A DNA stretch of 63,969 bases, filler included, from Lama guanicoe (taxonomy: Eukaryota): assembly GCA_013239625.1 (NCBI GenBank). It is 104 parts of 104 records of this genome, joined end to end, with 100 filler letters (N's around TTAATTAATTAA, not from the genome) between each part and the next. Parts side by side here need not be neighbours in the genome. Positions count along the whole stretch, not along the records: positions 58,515 to 59,466 come from PNXV01027403.1; positions 59,567 to 59,788 come from PNXV01027404.1; positions 59,889 to 60,371 come from PNXV01027406.1; positions 60,472 to 61,283 come from PNXV01027407.1; positions 61,384 to 62,014 come from PNXV01027409.1; positions 62,115 to 62,983 come from PNXV01027410.1; positions 63,084 to 63,662 come from PNXV01027414.1; positions 63,763 to 63,969 come from PNXV01027423.1; 96 more parts are not named here. The stretch is one strand, 5' to 3'. A program made the translations under genes and the position numbers. Positions 58,515 through 63,969 of this stretch are shown piece by piece. How positions within the stretch are numbered: position 1 is the stretch's first letter; each line of letters begins with the position of its first letter. The notes under the pieces are model-generated. The model made no database searches. It was given only the letters and a program-made list of their open reading frames with translations, and was not told the origin of the DNA.

Positions 58515-58950
58515 TTATTCTAGTCTTTAGCCCATTTTTAAAATCACTTTATTAGTTTTGTTTGTTTTTTACTGTTACTAATTTGTAGGAAGTCCTTATA
58601 TATTTTGGATGTTAAGCCCTTATCATATATGTGGTTTGCAAACATTTTCTTACGTTCCATAGGTTGCTTTCAGGCTGTTGATCGTTTGCTTTGCTGTGCA
58701 GAAACTTTGTAGTTTGATATAGTCTCACTTGTTAGTTTTTGCTTTCGTTCCCTGTGATTTTGGTGTCGTGTCCGTGATCACTGCTAAAATCAATACCAAG
58801 ACTTTTCTTCTGTGCTTTCTTTTAAACAGATTTTGTTGATTTTTTCTATTGTTTTGCTATTTTCTGCTCTAATCTTTGGTATTTCCTTCTTTTTGAATTT
58901 ACTTTGTTCTTGGCCTAGTGACTGAAGAGGGTAAATCAGGTTGTTTATTG
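58515..58950 (-). mobile_element. LINE-1 ORF2 fragments
   Basis: CCTTATCATATATGTGGTTTGCAAACATTTTCT and TTTGCTGTGCAGAAACTTTGTAGTTTGAT. Confidence 0.85.
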
Positions 58951-60140
58951 GAGATCTTTTGTTAGCATAATTAGACCTCCTACACAATTCCTAGGGGACT
59001 ATTGAATACAAAGGTAGAGTTTTATTTAGGAAACAATGGATATAAAAGATAGATTGTTAAAATGTTTAAGATGTTTTATGTGTATGGGTCTGACTCCAGA
59101 TTGCTTTTTGTAGTATATTTCATTTAACAGAACATTAAAATTGACACTCTTAGTAAATAAATGTGAAGTTCATTAATAAGACAATTGAAACCTTCTTTGA
59201 TAGAACTTTTCACTAATTTCTTGTGCACAGAATGTTTATATACAATTTAGATGGTGAGTGCTTCCCACATTATTTTAATGTTTTTAGAGGAATTAGAAAT
59301 GTGCATTCATAAGCAGTTCATAAGATTTTCTAAATTGTAAAAGAATGGAGATTTGAGGGACCACTGATAAAAATGTAAATGCTGTTATTAACCCTTGGCT
59401 TCTTTATCCTCTGCTGCAGCAAAGTGTGAAATTTCCTTAGTTTTAGTTTTATCATTTTCTATAAATNNNNNNNNNNNNNNNNNNNNNNNNNNNNNNNNNN
59501 NNNNNNNNNNTTAATTAATTAANNNNNNNNNNNNNNNNNNNNNNNNNNNNNNNNNNNNNNNNNNNNGCTTTAGAAGAAAAGAGAAAAGAAAAGCTACTGC
59601 TTCTCATATCCTGCATAAAGTGTGAATTGCCTCCTTGCCTCTTTCTCCTCCCATTTTCTAAGCTCATGCTCCCCAACCCTTCTAAAACAATTATGAGAAC
59701 TTCTTATTCCCACCAATATGCCAAATGACAAAAGAATACCAATTTATTTGTGTAAATATATGCCTACACCTCAAACTGGAGGAGAAAGNNNNNNNNNNNN
59801 NNNNNNNNNNNNNNNNNNNNNNNNNNNNNNNNTTAATTAATTAANNNNNNNNNNNNNNNNNNNNNNNNNNNNNNNNNNNNNNNNNNNNGATAAAAAATTG
59901 ACTGCTTGATAAGTCAGATATAATACCTAAAATATAACTTTCACATTTTATTTGTAGGCTTCAGGAGTTCTTAATTTGCAACTACAAATTTTGATTCTGT
60001 TTTACTCAATAGAAAATTGTGTTCAAATGTATCTGTTCTAAGAGCATGAAGTAGTTTCTATAACATAAATGTGAGATGAATTTTACCCCTTTAGGCATTC
60101 CATTCAAGTGTATTCAAATTTAAATTTGGTTACCTCAGGA

Positions 60141-60371
60141 TTAAATGAATAACAAGGGAAAGGAATTTAGTTTTTCCTCACTCAGCACAGATTCCCTGCT
60201 GCTGCCTGGCAGAAATGCTTCAATTACTGACAGTCCTTCCCCGGATAAAACCAATGTCCAAGGCACTGGCTTCTCATCACACTTAAACTTATGCCAAATA
60301 TGTAAACTTTGTTGTGGATTCCCTATTCTTAATGCTTCACGCTGTACACCTTTTAGCTGATGCTGTAGCTG
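60141..60371 (-). other. Candidate coding exon (5' side truncated), gene unidentified
   Basis: 76 open codons QLQHQLKGVQREALRIGNPQQSLHIWHKFKCDEKPVPWTLVLSGEGLSVIEAFLPGSSRESVL... in AT-rich DNA, with donor-like sites nearby. Confidence 0.35.
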
Positions 60372-60679
60372 NNNNNNNNNNNNNNNNNNNNNNNNNNNNN
60401 NNNNNNNNNNNNNNNTTAATTAATTAANNNNNNNNNNNNNNNNNNNNNNNNNNNNNNNNNNNNNNNNNNNNTGTTTATATTATCACCAACACTTTTTAAT
60501 TTTTTATCAGTCTTGTGGGTTTGAATTGAGAAATGGTTTCAGTCTTTTCCTGATTTTAAATGAGTTTGAGTACTTGAATATCTTTTCATATATTTAGGGA
60601 ATAGTCATTAATTATCTCATATTAAGTACCTACTTAGGTCTTTTATTTGTTTACCTTTGTCTTACTGATATCATTAATG

Positions 60680-61283
60680 AAGCCACTGATTTTTTTTACC
60701 AGCTGCATAGTTTTGCCTTTTCCAGAATATCATGTAATACATACATACAGTATGTTTGCCTTTTCAGCTTGCTTTCCTTTACTTAGTAATACACATTTAA
60801 CATTCCTCCATGTCTTTTCATGGCTTAAGAGCTCATTTCTTTTTAGAAATTCTGGGACAGAATCTCATTTAGTGCAATAACATTCCATTATCTGATGTAC
60901 CACAGTTTATTTATCCATTCGCCTACTGAAGGACACCTTGGTTGTTTCCAAGTTTTGGCAATTGTGAACAAAGCTGCTGTAAACATTTGTGTGCAAGTTC
61001 TTGTGTAAACATCAGTTTCTGACTCCTTTGGGCAAATACCAAACAGTGCAATTGCTGGATCATACGGTAAGAGTATGTTTAGTTTTGTAAAAAATCACCA
61101 CACTGTCTTCCAAAGTGGCTGCACTGTTTTTGCATTCCCATTAGCAGTGAATGAGTTCCTGTTGTTCCGCATCCTCACCAGCACTTGGTGTTATCAGCGT
61201 TAGGGATTTTGGCTGTTCCAACGCATCTACATTGGTATCTCATTGTTTTAATTTGCATCTCCCTGGTGATATGATGTGGAGCA
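60680..61283 (-). mobile_element. LINE-1 3' region (L1MB-like)
   Basis: ATAGTTTTGCCTTTTCCAGAAT, GTACCACAGTTTATTTATCCATTC, ATTGCTGGATCATACGGTAAGAGTATGTTTAGTTTTGTAA. Confidence 0.92.
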
Positions 61284-61589
61284 NNNNNNNNNNNNNNNNN
61301 NNNNNNNNNNNNNNNNNNNNNNNNNNNTTAATTAATTAANNNNNNNNNNNNNNNNNNNNNNNNNNNNNNNNNNNNNNNNNNNNACGGGAAGGCGACCAGG
61401 ACCAGGACAGCGCAGGTGGAGGGCCTGCCGTGTAGACAGCCGGTAGCGGCCCCCTCCTGAGGAACGCGGGGTTTGTCTCAAAACCCAACTCTGACCATAT
61501 GCAGCTTGTTACATATGATTTTTTAAGTTTATTATTTAGTAGAGTGTCCAGGCTGAAGAGACAAAATTGGGATGTAACGTCTAGAGCCT

Positions 61590-61750
61590 CGAACCACAGC
61601 CCTTACTCCAGCAGCCGCTGGCATCACTGCATCCCCCAGGAGCTTCTTGGAAACGCAGACTCTCAGCCCCACCTGAGTCCTGCTGCAGCAGAACCTGCAT
61701 TTTAACAAGATGTTCCCAGGTAATGTATTTGCTCATTACAGTTTGAGAAA
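61590..61750. mobile_element. MER5A-like hAT-Charlie MITE
   Basis: GCATCCCCCAGGAGCTTCTTGGAAACGCAGACTCTCAG...CTGCATTTTAACAAGAT...CAGTTTGAGAA. Confidence 0.75.
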
Positions 61751-62114
61751 CGATGGTGTCACAGTTTGTGGGACTGACAAGCCAGGGACCCCTCCAGAAA
61801 CTTCTTTTCATGAATTGGTAGGAAGGATGGATGGAAAGGTTGCTGTCTTTGCTTTGTCTGTGGTTTGGTCTAGTTTGCTAAAGAATAAGTGGTTTAGCCC
61901 GGGTATTTGGAGAGAAAGGAGGAGACGAGGACGATAGATGATGTGGCGTTTTAGCCCCAGCGCGCGGAGCGGGGCGGGGAGAGGGAACGATGTCCAAAGG
62001 AGAAGGTGCTTTTTNNNNNNNNNNNNNNNNNNNNNNNNNNNNNNNNNNNNNNNNNNNNTTAATTAATTAANNNNNNNNNNNNNNNNNNNNNNNNNNNNNN
62101 NNNNNNNNNNNNNN

Positions 62115-62983
62115 TTCAGGGTCTTTCCACAGGGTTGGTAGAATTGGTCTCAGGCCTGGGTCTGCTGCATGTGCAGGTTCTGGTATCCCTGTAGGGCTTG
62201 TGAAATGTGACTAGGTTTCTATTTCCTGCAGGGGCAGGCTCAGAGTCTCCTTGCAGTGTTGCTGGAATGGCACATGGTTCTGAGTTTCCTGCAACAGCAG
62301 GCTTATGTTCTTCCTGCATGGCTAGTTGAATATGACTCAGACCTTGGTCACTTGCAGGAACAGTCTAGTTTTCTTACTGCTGGGATGGTGGAATCAGACC
62401 CTGTCCTGAGTCTTCTGCAGAAGCACCTCCATGTCTTCCTGCAGGGCTGTTGGAACATGACCCATCACTGGTTCTGCTTCAGGTGTAGGCACAGAGTCTC
62501 CTTGCAAGGATAGTGTAATTGACCCAGCGCAGAGGTCACTACAGGGCTGATGAAATGTGTCCTGGCTCTGTGGTTCCTGCAAGTGTAGATTCTGTGTCTC
62601 CCTTCAGGGTTGGTGTAATGGGACCCATTCCTGGGTAACCTGTAGTAGTAGGCTCAGAGTCTCCCTGCAGGGCTGGTGGAATGGGCCCCTTCTCTAGGTC
62701 ACCTGCCAGAACACATTTGGACTCTGCCTTCAGGCTGGTGGAATTGGGCCTGTTCTTGCATCTCCTGCAGGAGCAGGCCTTGGGTCTTCCTGGAAGAATA
62801 CTGTAATATGACCCATCTCTGGTTCTCTTGCAGGAGAAGCTCATGGTCTCCCTAGAAGGTTAGCAGAATTTGTCCCATTCCTTGGTCCATGGCTCAGGGT
62901 ATCCCTGCAAGTTTGGTGGAATGGGACCTAGTCATGTGTCTCCTGCAGTAGCAGGTTCTGTTCTCTTTGCAGGGCTGGTGGAA
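62115..62983. repeat. Degenerate ~62-63-bp tandem repeat
   Basis: Variants of CTGCAGGGCTGGTGGAATGGG recur, e.g. GGTGGAA at 62675/62737 and 62915/62977. Confidence 0.8.
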
Positions 62984-63083
62984 NNNNNNNNNNNNNNNNN
63001 NNNNNNNNNNNNNNNNNNNNNNNNNNNTTAATTAATTAANNNNNNNNNNNNNNNNNNNNNNNNNNNNNNNNNNNNNNNNNNNN

Positions 63084-63662
63084 TCTACATTCTATATTCT
63101 AAATTCTATATTCAGTATTCTTTATTTTATATACTAAATTCTGTGTTCTACATTTTACAGTCGAAATTCTATATTCAGTATTCTGTTTTCTATATTCTAA
63201 ATTCTGTGTTCTACATTTTACAGTCGAAATTCTATATTCAGTATTCTGTCTTCTATACTCTAAATTCGGTGTTCTACATTCTATATTCTAAATTCTATAT
63301 TCTAAATTCTATATTCTAAATTCTATATTCTAAATTCTATATTCTAAATTCTATATTCTAAATTCTATATTCTAAATTCTATATTCTAAATTCTATATTC
63401 TAAATTCTATATTCTAAATTCTATATTCTAAATTCTGTGTTCTGCATTCCATGTTCTAAATTCTGGGTTCTATATTCTCTATTTTACATTTTGTGCTCAT
63501 TATTCTATATTCTATATTCTATATTCTGCATTCTGTTATCTATAATCTATATTCTGTGTTCTAAATTCTATATTCTAAATTCAATATTCAGTATTCTGTC
63601 TTCTATACTCTAAATTCGGTGTTCTACATTCTATATTCTAAATTCTATATTCAGTAATCTGT
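63084..63662 (+). repeat. AT-rich heptamer satellite with 63-bp units and a pure 14-bp run
   Basis: CTACATTTTACAG at 63148 and 63211. (ATTCTATATTCTAA)n spans ~63277-63437. Confidence 0.95.
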
Positions 63663-63762
63663 NNNNNNNNNNNNNNNNNNNNNNNNNNNNNNNNNNNNNN
63701 NNNNNNTTAATTAATTAANNNNNNNNNNNNNNNNNNNNNNNNNNNNNNNNNNNNNNNNNNNN

Positions 63763-63969
63763 TATGGAATATAGAATACAGAATAGAGAACACAGAATTT
63801 AGAATATGGAACTCAGAACACAGAATATAGAATACAGGATACAGAAATAAAATGTTGAATATAGTATGTAGAACACAGAATATAGAATATAGAATACACA
63901 ATACAGATAATAGAATGTACAATACAGAATGAAGAACCCAGAATTCAGAACATGGAATTCAGAACACAA
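63763..63969 (-). repeat. AT-rich heptamer-based satellite (reverse)
   Basis: AGAATAT/AGAACAC units. Confidence 0.92.

Noticed and set aside
1..63969. Any operon or synteny reading, e.g. HTT sitting inside satellite DNA
   Set aside because: The contigs are arbitrarily concatenated, so neighbours across spacers are not physically linked.

Overview
This is not a contiguous locus. It is about 104 short mammalian contigs (roughly 200-1000 bp each) joined by an artificial 100-bp spacer, N44-TTAATTAATTAA-N44, which has stops in all six frames. Adjacency across spacers therefore means nothing, and every ORF ending in XXX or LIN is cut off by a spacer. Two tRNA-derived SINEs resembling Vic-1 suggest a camelid (inference). 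About 40 contigs are satellite DNA: a GC-rich 267-bp family, an older ~265-bp relative with apparent higher-order structure, a 249-bp family, and an AT-rich heptamer-based family with 14/63/126/188-bp periods. Most other contigs hold L1, L2, MIR, LTR or MER5 fragments. Two gene fragments are recognisable: a huntingtin (HTT) exon-1 homologue, and a CpG-island first coding exon that probably belongs to ZNF236. The HTT fragment is the most unusual item. It has only two glutamines, substitutions in N17, a uORF that reads through the start codon, a minisatellite-like proline region and a frameshift. There are also MAGE-like promoter repeats, an unidentified paralogous exon-like pair and several candidate exons. 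I see no prokaryotic, CRISPR or rRNA content and no complete novel system. Family and gene names come from memory, not from database searches.
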